From Octopus sinensis (Eukaryota), in the NCBI RefSeq assembly GCF_006345805.1, contig NW_021831992.1:19468-83467 (forward strand): a stretch of DNA of 64,000 nucleotides. Reading direction: 5' to 3'. Under the pieces are notes generated by a model. That model was given only the letters and a program-made list of their open reading frames with translations. It ran no database searches and was not told the origin of the DNA. Of the stretch, positions 1-13,355 are shown piece after piece; the first letter of the stretch is position 1; each line of letters starts with the position of its first letter. The position numbers were made by a program, and so were the translations under genes.

Positions 1-182
1 TTTTCACAGGCCATTACTCTGACTTTCACGTGACAGTTCATCAGAAAATTGTATTTCTCATAACTCTTTTGTGAAACTGTGAGTAACAGTTTGTGAAGAT
101 CCTTTCAGCCTTAATAAAATAGCATATTATTCTATCTCTGATACTCGAGTACTATTTTCTAATTTGTTTTGTAACCATGTGC

Positions 183-214
<32 letters not shown>

Positions 215-289
215 GATATAATATATATATATATATATATTCGCATTATTAAATCTCAGAATGGAGATTAAAACAGTAATCGCTCGATA

Positions 290-491
290 ATGTAAAGTAT
301 AGAAGCCATCTTAATATGGCTAACCACAAAGTCTTTCAAGAAAGGGATGGCCTCCCTTTGCAAAATACTTCAAGGGCACGGAAATGGTGTCCTAAAGCCA
401 GCTGGAGACGATGATCTCCTGGGGGCTATAAAGCTACAGTAAACCCCCTCCCTTTGTGGTTAGCCATATTAAGATGGCTTCTATACTTTAC

Positions 492-493
<2 letters not shown>
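290..493. repeat. Fold-back element with 42-bp perfect inverted arms, between (TA)n tracts
   Basis: ATGTAAAGTATAGAAGCCATCTTAATATGGCTAACCACAAAG (290-331) is the exact reverse complement of 452-493; ~120-bp spacer. Confidence 0.9.
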
Positions 494-539
<46 letters not shown>

Positions 540-643
540 AAAATTATATCTATATAAGGATAAGATCGTTAATTTAAAAATAATACGATTTATCAAGTGG
601 TCACTGGGAAAAAATAACTTTCAAAAGTAATAATTATAAAAAT

Positions 644-814
644 TATAAATTGGGGTATCTACGAAATATCACCATGCTGAAAATAGCAGCCATGATCTGA
701 CTCTAAACTTTGTGTTCTCTCCGTTTTGATATATGGACAATTAACGTAGTTTTAGAGTCAGAACATGGCTGCTATTTTCAGCATGGTGGTATCTCTTAGG
801 TACCCCAATTTATA
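644..814. repeat. Fold-back element with ~66-bp imperfect inverted arms
   Basis: TATAAATTGGGGTATCTACG...CATGATCTGACTCTAAACT versus AGTTTAGAGTCAGAACATGG...GGTACCCCAATTTATA; ~40-bp spacer; followed by (TA)n. Confidence 0.85.
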
Positions 815-834
815 TATATATATATATATATATA

Positions 835-1345
835 CGAGCAAAGCGCCCCCCATCCAATGGACGGTGCTGAGTTGTCAAACATTTAAACCAAATGTTCTCA
901 ATACAACTTGTCCAAAAGTCCCATAAGCCTCCTCTTTGAGAAAAATTGATTTAACCTAAATTTGAGACACCAGTAAAAGAAGAAATAAAGATAGACGTTT
1001 TTTCTATTCCAAAGAAAAACGTTTTTTTTTTCACACAAATATGCAACCGAAGAGTAATGATAAGGCTGGTTTAACCAGTAAGCTTGGCAGGAAAGGAACG
1101 TGCATTTAAGCAGTACAAAAACAACAAAAAATGGAAGGTGGAGTTATGTACAGGATGACGGAAAAAAAGCAGGACGAAAATGGCTTTATCGATCGCATTC
1201 TCACTGGGAATCAATTTTTGTAATTTTTTGAAGACTTATACACGCCCTGATACAGTCGGTATCTATATATCAAATTTGAGCGCCATCGGATGGAGGATGC
1301 CCGAGATCCTAGAAGACATGCACACAGACAGAACGGATTTTATAT
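835..1345 (+). mobile_element. Possible non-autonomous Helitron/Helentron-like (Lep1/HINE-type) element
   Basis: 3' end ATCAAATTTGAGCGCCATCGG...ACACAGACAGAACGGATTTTATATA resembles HINE/Lep1 3' ends; inserted in (TA)n; family resemblance only. Confidence 0.35.
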
Positions 1346-2277
1346 AATATATATATATGTTCGTTAACTCCACTTAGACTGTTGGTGTAAGGTCAACGAA
1401 ACTCAAACGGACAACTCCTCTAAACCCAAGAAATGTACTAAGGGGTCTATTGTTTTAAGGGCCGCCGCCTATTTGCGGTCCCACTGACCTCCCTATTTTT
1501 ACTTCATTTTAAAGTAAACACATGGTATTGGCGACCAAATCAGAGCAATGACAGTGAATTTCATACCATGAACTCCCTGGAGGTATCATAAGGAGGTTCA
1601 ATTTCTGAAGGGCTGCTTAAATGGGGCCCGCTTACCCCCACTATTTTTATTGTATTTACCTCGCTCCTACGCTTATTGATTAAATTATTATCAGCATCAG
1701 TGTTTAGCACATTTGCAGAAATAATTTTGGACATTCTAAATACCTTCAGGTACATTCTAATCGAGATAATATGTTACAGCATGTATGTTTCAAATGTCGT
1801 AGTTTGGACATTTATATTTTGTAGTTTATGAAAATCATGTCTTGTTGGAAACCTAATCTTCCTGTTCTAGTTACAGTATCCTAAAGTGTTGTCTATAAAT
1901 GCTAATCACTATAGGATTTCACTATAGGGAGCGTACTTGTGTGAAACGATCGTAAGATGTTTTAAATACTTAATTCAAACCACTTAAATTGTCATATAGA
2001 TTATATATCTATACTTATACATATTTACATATATTTTTATACATATTTATATATTTTTAATACAACAATAATTTTTCACGCGTGTATATCTTTCTGAGGA
2101 GTTTACTGATATTGATTTCCTAATATTAATAATAATAATATATTATCAAAAATATATATATATACACTCGCTCGTATTAAATATATAAATAATTTAATAG
2201 TATTAAAACTTTAATACAATAGAGCACTCAATATAAATCTGTATATAATATTCTCGTTGAATATATTTAAACTAAAG

Positions 2278-2335
<58 letters not shown>

Positions 2336-2351
2336 AAATGTAACCACATAT

Positions 2352-2470
2352 GAATCGTTGGCGATTTTCGTCCTCCGTCTTCCTTTTCTATTCGACTTTT
2401 CTCTGTTTCTGCTAATACTTTACATGTGCCACGTACTCGCGTTGTTGTATTTTGTGCTTGTTATTCTTCT
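2352..2470 (+). mobile_element. Penelope-type short repeat (same family as 49610-49815) lacking the hammerhead segment
   Basis: CGTTGGCGATTTT..CTCCGTCTTCC..TGTTTCTG|CTAATACTTT..CCACGT..CGCGTTGTTGT aligns to 49622-49790 except for an internal deletion. Confidence 0.65.
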
Positions 2471-2488
2471 TTTGGGGGATTTACCATA

Positions 2489-2493
<5 letters not shown>

Positions 2494-2520
<27 letters not shown>

Positions 2521-2775
2521 TATGTATTTATGTATGTATGTATGTATGCATGTATGTATGTGTGTATGTATGTGTATGTATGTATGTATTATGTGTGTAT
2601 GTGTGTATGTATGCATGTATGTATGTATGTATGTGTGTATGTATGTGTGTATGTGTGTATGTATGTATGTATGTGTGTATGTATGTATGTATGTGTGTAC
2701 GTGTGTATGTGTGTATGTATGTATATGTATGTATGTATGTATGTATGTATGCAGCTATGTATGTATGTATGTACG
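2494..2775. repeat. (TATG)n/(TG)n compound microsatellite
   Basis: Direct inspection; source of the MYVC-type ORFs. Confidence 0.95.
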
Positions 2776-2935
2776 TATAGGTATTATGTCCTTTTTCTTT
2801 GAGTTTTATCGAGTTTCTAAGAGTATTGAAACCGGTCGCTAACAGTGGAAAGACTTCGTGTTTGTAAATTTGTGTGTGTGTGTGTGTGTGTGAAATAGAC
2901 GATACTTCATATCTGTAAGAAAAAGATACAACGTC

Positions 2936-3111
2936 GAGTGGCGTAACCAGAATCTGCGTGCCCCCAGAGCAACACTCAAGTCTTACGAGACAATACAGGC
3001 TTATAAATCTAATCCAAATGTGCCGCCTCCATTAAAGTGCCACCTCCATAAGAGCGCCACCTGAAACGAACTACCTCCTTACCATTTCCTCATCCTTATT
3101 TATGCTACTGA
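2936..3111. mobile_element. Possible hAT-type MITE
   Basis: Ends AGTGGCGTAAC / TTATGCTACTG form a degenerate TIR of the CAGTGGCGTA class; internal GCCGCC-like subrepeats. Confidence 0.4.
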
Positions 3112-3788
3112 CCAGGATATAGATGCTCTTACTTAATTCTCAGCGAAAATCTTTATTTACTGTATGGATGGCATTTTTTAGCTTCTGTCTACCAGCTTCC
3201 GGTCACATAGTATTTATCAGCCTTGACACAGTGGAATTCTAATAAAAAGCCGTTCCAACAATGCCAAATTCGGCAGTTCTGTGACAACTCTATTCAATAC
3301 GTACATCTTTTTTTATGATCGTGGGGCGTATTTTGAGGAAGATTCGGCTGTCACTTCTTGTAGGTGTGTCAACCTTGTAAATGATTCTTAATTATTTTGG
3401 TTATTTATTTAGTTTTTAAGAAAAATAAAGTGGGCTTCAGCAAGATATCAATTTTAAGTTAAGAAGAAATTAAGGAAGTACTTGATCGCATTTAACCCAA
3501 CACGTTACTGTTCCCAAACCTCAATTTCCTTCTTATCTCTTCTGATAAATATAAATATTGCTACCCTGGGGTACGATACCTGAGTGGTTACATCGTTGCT
3601 AATATCAGTTCAAGTGTAAGGTGTTTTATGTTCACCACAGCGGGTGCCCTTATCTCAAAATCAGGACAGTTCATCCTAAATTTTTATGTAGGCGGTCGAT
3701 TGTCAGTTTTTTACAGTGAAAGATATTGCGATATTTCTACGGTTTACCTACTAAATTCGAATTTCTCTGAGGTCAGCTTACTTTATGA

Positions 3789-4460
3789 GAGGCGTGTGGC
3801 TTAGTGTTTGGGACTCATGATCGTAAGATTGTGGTTTCGATTCAGGGCCGAGTTGAGACCCATCGATGCCCTAAGTACTTATAAGATTTTGGTGCCCCCA
3901 TAAAAGATTATGTAATTCAAAATATAAACAATGACATGTCATCAAATAAATTTTTTTTTTCAAAAAGAAATAAAACAGTAAGAGAGAAATTGATGTTTAT
4001 TTTTGTATATTTACATTTTATTTATATCTGTAAAGTTTTCGCCTACTTTTTTGAATTGCAAACCCTTTAATCAGATCCTCAAAATTAACACATGTGCATC
4101 TATACTTAGTAGAGATAAAGGCATCCTGAATATTATTTTAGCGAGTTTAAAGTAATTTCTTTTGTTCCGTAAACCATTTACCATTTCTGTGGTGCCCCCT
4201 CCTTCCCTTGATGCCCTAAGCACGTCCTTATTTTGCTTAATGGTTAATCCAGCGTTGCTTGGATTCCACGATCGGGCTACACGTTGTGTTCTTGAGCAAG
4301 ACATTTCACTTCACCAGACTCCAGTTCATTTAGCTGGCATTAATTGAGTAATCTTGCAACGGACCGGCGTTATGTCCAAATGGGGAACATATATACCATA
4401 GAAACCTGGAACTGGCCTTTATGAGTCTATATGCCAGGAGAAGGAACTTTATCCTTTTTT
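3789..4460 (+). mobile_element. tRNA-headed SINE (group C) split by a hAT-type MITE (3843-4257)
   Basis: SINE head ends GGTTTCGATT at 3842 and resumes after 4257 (GATTCC..TGTGTTCTTGAGCAAGAC); insert starts CAGGGCCG and ends TTAATCCAGCGTTG; 8-bp flanks TTTCGATT / CTTGGATT. Confidence 0.6.
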
Positions 4461-5032
4461 TTATCCAGTAAACTTCCTTTCTCATCAATTAAGAAACAAA
4501 CGTACTGGTGAAGTACTGGAGTCTACCTCTATTAGATCTGCTAGCCTTCATCTGGTTGTTACCATTAAAATGAGGATCCCAGGTAAAGACTATGTATAGT
4601 CAAATGCCAGCATCTTCTTCTGTTAAAAAAATCTCTTAAAATTCATCGAAGGAAGCCTAAAAATGCCCTTAGGTCTGAGAGCCAGACGTGATGTTCATGG
4701 ATGGAATGATGAGTAAAGCAGCATGGAGTAGACTAATGACGTTTAACTACATTTTTCAATGCCTACCACGGTTTTGCGGTGAGAGTATGCGGTACGTCTA
4801 TTTTAAAAAAATTCTGAAGAACCTGCTAACGGTGAAAGTTACTATATATTTTTAAATATCATAGATCCATGAACAGTGATACTTTCTTTTCATTGGGAAT
4901 GGTACCAGATCTCTATTTAACCAACGGATTTGTGAAGCCATATACTTTAAGATAATTGAATGCATATATGGATGTGACTACTGCACATATTTATACATAT
5001 GTATGTACACACACACACACATATACACACAC

Positions 5033-5080
<48 letters not shown>

Positions 5081-5226
5081 AATATGATCGGTAGATAGCT
5101 ATATAGATAGTTGGGCATACCTCTACATACATGGGGTGGTGTGGATGTCAGTGTGTACATCATAAATACATACAACATATATACATATATACATATAACA
5201 TATATATATATATCTATATATATTAT

Positions 5227-5260
<34 letters not shown>

Positions 5261-5724
5261 AATAAATGAAAGAATGGAGTCGTACGAAGATGTTAACAGA
5301 ATTCCTTTACTCTCGACATATGTTTTCAAGACAACATTTTTTCATTCCAAAGGAATAAAGGGTGCATTATGCAATCCTCTCATCAGGAAAGAAAGGGAGC
5401 CTCTCTCGACAACAAGACAAACAAAAATTTCGATGACTGCCTACATGGTAAACAAAGCGATAATGAGTGTTTTTTTTTAAAACCGTTAGAAGAGTTGACG
5501 TCAAAGATAGATAGTAGGAAGAGGAGGGTCAAAGGAATAATTGGTAGGGAACAAGTGGAGAGGGAAGAGAACGTTGATTGAAAGAAATTTCTGCACATGA
5601 ACCCGGAGTTTCTACCCTTGACAGGTCGCTTCAACCGTGTTTCTGACGTGAATTTGCTACCCAGGTTTCGGTTAAACTAATTTTCCATACTGACGATAAA
5701 CATAGGATAATTCATTCACCTACT

Positions 5725-5757
<33 letters not shown>

Positions 5758-5840
5758 TGTGTGTGTGTGTGTGTATGTATACACACACTGGACCGCTGAC
5801 ATCTACAGGCTTTTTTCATTCTCTGGATATTTTCTCTGAT

Positions 5841-5878
5841 TCTTTCTGTTGAAGAGCTAAGGCGCGAAACGTAAAAGA
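5841..5878 (+). ncRNA. Degenerate type-I hammerhead motif in a Penelope-type repeat (~5790-5970)
   Basis: TCTTT-CTGTTGA-A-GAGC taag GCGC-GAAA-C-GTA-AAAGA: stem I 5 bp; core A6 changed to U; one mismatch in stem II. Confidence 0.5.
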
Positions 5879-6531
5879 CTGTTTCATTTTCCCCGAGCGT
5901 CAAACTAATACACTTGCTTGTTGTTCATACACCTGCCTTCGTCTTTTGTTTTTTATAAATTTCAACTATATATATGTGTGTGTGTGTGTGTGTTTGTGTG
6001 CGTACGTGTTCATACACAGACGCGAGCGTGCAAGCACACAGAGTGAATGTGGGGCTATGTATGGTAATGCGCTTGTGTGTGTGTGTGTGTTTGTGTGTAA
6101 GTATGATCTTGTGCGTAACGTGATGTTGAGTTTGGTGGACGTCTCTGGGCTCCATCCTCACAATACGGAACATTTGTCTTTAAAATAAAATAAAATAAAA
6201 GACTCACGTCTCACACCTCTTATACGATGGCCTTTTATCGTTTTTAGTTTATATGTTTTGTATTGTAACATTATATATTCATGCATTCATTTGTCGTAAA
6301 ATTGTTATTGCTTTTGTTGTTGTTGCTCAATTGTTGTTGTTGTTGTTGTTGTTGCTGCAATTGTTGTTGTTGTTGCTCTTGTTGTTGTTGTTGCTGCAAT
6401 TGTTGTTGTTGTTGTTGTTCTTGTTGTTGCTGTTGTTGATGTTTAGATTATTGTCTTTAGAAACAAGGGAATGTTTAATAACAGGCAACATGATTTGACT
6501 TGCTTATATAGAGAGGACCTGACACCCATCG

Positions 6532-6604
<73 letters not shown>

Positions 6605-6724
6605 ATTACATATATACATATATATATATATACGTATGCATGTGTGTGTGTATACATGTATGTATATTTTTTTTCTTGCACGTATACATATATGTGTGTG
6701 TAGGTGCATGTGCGTGAGTGTTTT

Positions 6725-6769
<45 letters not shown>

Positions 6770-6994
6770 ACCTATATACCTAAACGTCCGCTGCACACTA
6801 ATGAAGAATAAATGACACCGTGCATTAAGCCCTCCCAAGGGGCCGAGTAACTGTGTTGCTAATAATTTTTATTGACACAAATATATTAATACATACATAT
6901 ATATATATACATACATTCATACATATATATATATACATACATACATATATAATATATACATACATACATACATATATACATTATTATATATATA

Positions 6995-7036
<42 letters not shown>

Positions 7037-7721
7037 CATATATGTGTGTGTGTATGTATATATGCATATATAACTTTTCTGTCTCTACCTTTTGCTGTCT
7101 GCTTTTCTCTCTATTTCTCTGTCATACGGTTTGCCATTTGCACAAGGGAGCTAACCTCAGCAATGGTCGATTCAATGACCTACATATACATTAGACCAGC
7201 ATACATACTTATATAAATACACACACATAAACTCACACACACATATATAAATATACATACGTATACATATACATATATATATATATATTATATATATACA
7301 CACACACTTATATATATATATATACACATACATATATATGTATATATATATACAATATAATATATATATATATATATTACAAACACGTATATATATATAT
7401 GTGTGCGCGCTCGCTCGCGTGTACGTGTGCATTTGTGTGTGTTTGTGCCTGGTGTATAATTGTTTTTCTTTCTGTATATACATTTGTGTTACTATACTTG
7501 TGAATGCGTGTGACTGTGTATGTATGTATGTATGTATGTATGTGTGTGTGTGTGTGTGTGCTCGCGCGCGCGTGTGTGTTTCAGTGTACGTATGAGGACT
7601 GAATAGAAGTTTGAATTCTTGCCTATGAAACTGAGGGAAATGGCTTTGTATGTTATTAACTACCTACCTCGTTTTACACGTCCATACGCCTGCCTACCTA
7701 CCTACCGACCTACTTACATAT

Positions 7722-7795
<74 letters not shown>

Positions 7796-9837
7796 ATCAG
7801 ATGGAACAAAAACGCAATAGAGGACAATAAAACATTCCAACAGATAAACGATACATAGGCAGACAACGGAAATAATTAGAAGGACAGGTAAAAAAAGACG
7901 AGTCATTCGTGGCCTTATTTCCTTAGTTAAGTATACCAGAAGTCCTTACGATTTCGCGCAGTAACACTTTACATATAATTGTATGTGTGTGTATATATAA
8001 ATATAGAACTCCTTTAAAGGCAGCTTGCTACATTTGGGCTAAGTACCTCAATGATTTAATCTCAGATATGAATCGGTGGAATCAGAGTAATATAGTTCAA
8101 TAAAAAAACTCAACTCAATATATTTACGTCTGCAATAACTTCTTACTCCTTCACAGCAAATGTCTCAATAAGGAAAGTTAGTAAATTATAGTGAACGTAT
8201 TCGTTTATGTTCGAAACAACCTTTGAGAGCAGTTCACTATTTGAGGAGTTCACTATATGAAACTACCATCCATTTTAAGACACTGCCATAGACGTCGAAT
8301 TTGCGAAATTTTATTCTGTTCAGCTCTTGATCATGTAGCATATGTATCTCTGAGAAACCCTTTATATATATGCTTTCACTCAAGTTAATAAATTATTGAT
8401 ATTTATTCGTTTCTAAATGTTATCATCAAAATAATTTGATTGTAAGTAATGTTATTCCACCCACATGCTCATTAAATATAACTTCTTTTGTTGATGGAAT
8501 ACGACAGACTTGCATAGATTCCTTCAACCAATTTCCACTCATAAGATATTGACAATCTGACGTTACAGTAGAATGCACTTCCACAAAGAAACATGTGGCT
8601 GTGTAACCAACTGGGTAGCCAAAAAAAACCGAACCAATTTTTTTGTCTTCGTGTTTCAAAATTTATTTCGTGTTTTAACGGAAATAAATTATAACAGCGA
8701 TTGAAACCGTGTTTTATTCTTTCCTTCTTTTTTTCTTTTTTGTTTCATGCTTTATACTCTCTACATGTCAAGAACAAACCACAAATTAATCAATGAATTT
8801 AATTAACGTGTGTCGTAATAAACATAGGTTTTAATTATCCTCTATTACATGGTAAATCACTTAGTGTTATTCACACTCTCTGATTCTCCATTGTTTTACA
8901 TCAGCCACTTTTTCAATGTTTATGTTTATTAATTCTAATAGAATTTGTAATTTTCTTAAATACATTTGAACTGGCTAATAATATCATTAATGGTTTGTCG
9001 GAGAAACTATAGGACTAACCTTTTGTTTATAGTTATAGATTGGTACTTTCCTGGAAAGAAGATGCAGCAGCAGAACTCCATAAGGTTTGCGACAAAATAA
9101 TTTGCACTATTATTTTTATTTTTATCTTTATTTTTGTATTAGACGCGGCCACGTCTCGGTGGTTAAGAAACTCGCGTTACAAACAAAAGGTTTCGGGTTC
9201 AGTGTCACTCTGCAGCATTTCGAGTGAGGTTTTCCACACTTGTAGGTGGATATGGAACACTGAAAATGTTTGGAAACCTGTCGTGTATGCGTGTGTTAGG
9301 GTGGAGTGTACGTGGGTGTGTGTGTGTATGTGTCGGGTCAATTTATTCGACTAAAACCCTCCAAGACGGTATTCCAGCATGGCCGCGGTTATAATTACTC
9401 AAACAAGTAAAAGAAGCCTAGCGAAGGCCACTTGACACTCTGAGCTCTAATCCGATCGGTGTCCATCTATTCCTTTCCTCCTTTCCGGGAAGGCGGGTTG
9501 TTGTTGTTGTTGGTAGTGGTGGTGGGGTGAGGCGGGGGCCAATAAAATAAAACACAGGTGAAATATTAATATCGAGAAAGAAGGACAATCACAAGATCAC
9601 ATTATAGTCCCTACGCACGTTTCACCATTATGGTCGTGTGGAAATCCCCTGCAATACGTATTCTAGTTTTGTTTTTGTTTGTTTTTTTTTCACCACCTGG
9701 AGACCTAGCCGTAAGCAGTCAGTCAGACCTTTGATTGGAAACTCCAACTAGTAGCAAAAGTGATTGCTCCGAATGGATTTGCTATTACATTTGCCAGCGT
9801 CGAGCTAGGAAGCCCACCGTTTTACCGAATTAATGTA

Positions 9838-10227
9838 CAGGCGTGGCTGTGGGGGGGGGAGCTTGCTTCCCAGCCACAGAGATCCAGATTCAGTTCCACT
9901 GCGTGGCACCTTGGGCAAGTGTCTTCTTTTATAGCCTCGGGCCGACCAAAGTCTTGTGAGTGGATTTGGTAGACTGAAACTGAATGAAGCCCGTCGTATA
10001 TATATATATGTGTGTGTGTGCGTGCATGTGTATTTGTGTTTCAGTGTTTGTGGCCACACCATCGCTTGACAACCGATGTTGGTGTGTTTACGTTCCCGTA
10101 AACATAGCGGTTCGGCGAAAGAAACCGATAGAATAAGTTACTAAGCTTATAAAGAATAAGTCCTGTGGTCGAACTGTTCGTTTAAAGGAGGTGCTCCAGC
10201 ATGGCCGCAGTCAAAAGACTGAAACAA

Positions 10228-10230
<3 letters not shown>
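9838..10230 (+). mobile_element. tRNA-headed CORE-like SINE (group A) with internal (TA)n(TG)n
   Basis: GGCTGTG..CAGTTCCACTGCGTGGCACCTTGGGCAAGTGTCTT..GGTGCTCCAGCATGGCCGCAGTC..GAAACAAGTA; many copies in window. Confidence 0.9.
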
Positions 10231-10267
<37 letters not shown>

Positions 10268-10273
10268 CTCAGA

Positions 10274-10306
<33 letters not shown>

Positions 10307-11370
10307 ACGTATATATCATATTCCCTCGATCAATCATTACTGTTGATTTTTTATCAACCATAAAGATCTTACATAGAGGGGACTCCACATCACATTGGGG
10401 ACACAAAACATCAAAAACATTGTATGATATGATGAGAAAAAGGATGAAAACTGAGAGATAAAAGTGATGTTAACTGCCCCATCAGTCGACATCACTTACT
10501 TGTCCTTTTATTTCCTATCTTGCCGTGAAACCCACAAAGTCTACAAATTCAACCTCGTATATTTCTTCTAGTTCCTCCCTCCTTTCCGGTGCCAATTTTC
10601 CTTAAAGCTTGACACCGACAGAACCAGACCGGTTTCGATCCCTGATTTAACCAGTTCACTTTCTATACCAATGACTCTGTTAAGGGAATGGACGCCAGAA
10701 TTCATATTTAAATTATTACCCACCCGTTGACCATTCATCCATGCATGAATAGGACTACTACAGATCGATTAATTGTTTGTATTGATCACACGGATGCAGC
10801 GTATAAGTAAATATTTTACTCTATTTTATATATTCAAATATTTCTTCGCCAATAATGCAAAGCGTTAATGATGGTACTGTGTCTATATCTGTATATATGC
10901 ACATGTAAATATATCTATATATATCTGTTTATATATGTATATGTGCATATATGTGTGTATGGATGTACTTTTCTGTGCGTGTTAGTAATACTGGTGTATG
11001 TATATCTGTACGTATGTGCAGTGTACGTGTTTGTGTGTAAGCGTGCGCCGTGTTTGCGTGCGGATGTGTGGTATTATGGTTAAATTCATGTATGTATTGC
11101 TATGAGGCAAAAACTTAGGTATGTGTATATGCTGTTGTCTTTTGTTTATATGCGCTTGCGGAGATGGGATGAATGTGTGTATTTTTATTGATATGTGTGT
11201 GTGCGTAGGTGGATCCGTGTGTGTTTGTGTGGAGTGCGTGTGTGTGTGTATGTGTGTGTGTGAACAACAGTATGGAATAAGGTGTCTTATCGACAATGCC
11301 TTCACACAAGCACATATTTTTAGTGTGTCCGAGGAGATCAATATCTATCTATAGGTACATACGTCAATAT

Positions 11371-11414
<44 letters not shown>

Positions 11415-11457
11415 TATATATACATATATATAGGTAGATAGATAGATAGATAGATAT

Positions 11458-11492
<35 letters not shown>

Positions 11493-11744
11493 CATACATA
11501 CATAATAGGTATATTATATATATATATATAATATTATGTGTATATATTATATATATATATATATATTATATATATATAGATAGATAGATAGATAGATATA
11601 GACTATATTATGTATACCGTTGAATACCGAGAACACCAACTTAATAATTATCATTATATGTCACGTCATATAAATATTAACATATGCAGAGACCATGTGT
11701 GTGTATATATATATGTATATTTATATGGTATATATGTATAGTAT

Positions 11745-11775
<31 letters not shown>

Positions 11776-12395
11776 TATATATATATATAGATATATATAT
11801 AATATATGTGTGTGTAGGTATGTAGTAATATCTAGATATATATATATATATATATTATATATACATGATATATATGACGATAAAATATATGTGTGTGTGT
11901 GTGTGCGTGTAAATACAAAAATATATGTGTATATATGTATAAATGTAAATATACATACATAAATATATATATATATATTATATATATATATCTATATATA
12001 TCAGTGAGAGTCAGAATGAGAAAGAGAGAGAAAGAAAGAGATCGGGTGCATGTTGTGAGAAACGTTCTCCACTATGTCCTTCACTTTGTATAATTTTGTA
12101 TAAATATTTAATATTTTATTCCGTGAAGCTTTTCGAACGTTTATGTGGAAACATTTCTTTTTGTTCATGTATGTATATGAGAAATGTTCGAACGTGATGA
12201 GGCGTGAAAATCTATACATCCTTTTCGGTGAGTTTATGTTTGGATGTCAGTCTCCGAATGTGTGTGTGAACATCTGCGTGTGTGCATACATGCAAATGTG
12301 TGTATGTAGATCCGTGCGTGTTTGTATTTGTTGTATTATAGATAATTATAGATAATTCTCATCAAAATATATGTTTGAACCTATGTATGTATGTA

Positions 12396-12947
12396 TTGGG
12401 TTGTCCGGAAACTTCACGCCGATTTATTGTAGCTTACCTTTCGACTTATTTTAGAACATGGTTGAGTTCCTAAGGTAGGATTTGACTACACCTCCATTTA
12501 GAGCACAGTTTAAGCTATCTTTTCGTGGAAGAAGGTTTATGTTCCTATAACCTGTGTTAATTTTGTAACCCTTTAAAATGGAAGATAAGAAAGTTCATTT
12601 TCGGTATTTGATGCTTTGGGAACCAGACAAAAATTGCTGCAGCTCGACTGGGATGTGTTACCCCACCCTCCAGATATTGCTCCTTCGGATTTCCACTTAT
12701 TTAGGTCTCTGCAGGATAGACTTAATTGTAAAAAATTTCAATTCCTTGGATGACGTAAAAAGATACCTTGATGAATTATTTGCCTTGAAACCACCTCAAT
12801 TCTGGTAAGAGGGTATTTTCAAGTTAAAGGAAAGACGCATTGTGCAACAAAATGGTTCATATTTGATTGATTAAAAATGTAATGGCAAGTATTTGTTGAC
12901 CTTTTTCTTTCGTTTAAAAATCGACACGAACTTTCCGGAGAACCCAG
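12396..12947 (+). mobile_element. Internally deleted mariner transposon
   Basis: ~29-bp imperfect TIRs (TTGGGTTGTCCGGAAACTTC.. / ..GAACTTTCCGGAGAACCCAG) with TA target duplications; MEDKKVHFR N-terminus fused to WDVLPHP..PDIAPSDFHLFRSLQ and FNSLDDVKRYLDELFALKPPQFW. Confidence 0.92.
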
Positions 12948-12989
12948 TAGTTTCAACAAATAAACAAACAAAAAAACGTATGTATATAT

Positions 12990-13355
12990 GTACACTGAAA
13001 CGATGACCATGGGATGGCGCCTAGAATGTTCCCCTCCTAAGCAAGGTATTTCATGGAAGACCAGCAGCCACGCATGCATACCAGCCTCCCCTCTCCATAC
13101 CATTATATGTACATAAGGTAACGGGTAAAGATCCCCTTCGGTCATGAATGACCATGGTATTGCAACTTACAAAGTTCCCTTCCGAGGTAGAAGTCCGGGA
13201 AAGATACTTATGGAAGACCAGCAGTCGCCCATGCAGCCTTCCCTCTCCATGCCACCAGATTTATCCAAAGTTGAAGGTAAAGGCCATATAGTCTGGCACC
13301 AGTGACATCACATCTCAGTTCTACAGCTGACAGAACTGGAACAACAGGAAATAAA
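12990..13355 (-). mobile_element. SINE (group C) 3' part with a tandemly duplicated ~150-bp tail segment
   Basis: ATGGAAGACCAGCAG..CCTCCCCTCTCCA and GACCATGG..CTAGAA occur twice; CAGTTCTACAGCTGACAGAACTGGAACAAC..AAATAAAGTGT matches the group C body in reverse. Confidence 0.6.

Noticed and set aside
1440-2000. Possible mitochondrial insert or cryptic coding region (64-aa ORF)
   Set aside because: No recognisable rRNA or protein motif; probably an unclassified repeat interior
2820-2842. GAAACCGGTC, a typical Penelope HHR stem III
   Set aside because: No CUGANGA core upstream
4814-4840. CTGAAGA-ACC/GGT-GAAA-GTT hammerhead-like string
   Set aside because: No stem I complementarity and no stem III pair
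7942-7958. 3' half of a hammerhead on the minus strand (GCGCGAAATCGTAAGGAC)
   Set aside because: The CUGANGA half is absent (truncated repeat), so it cannot fold
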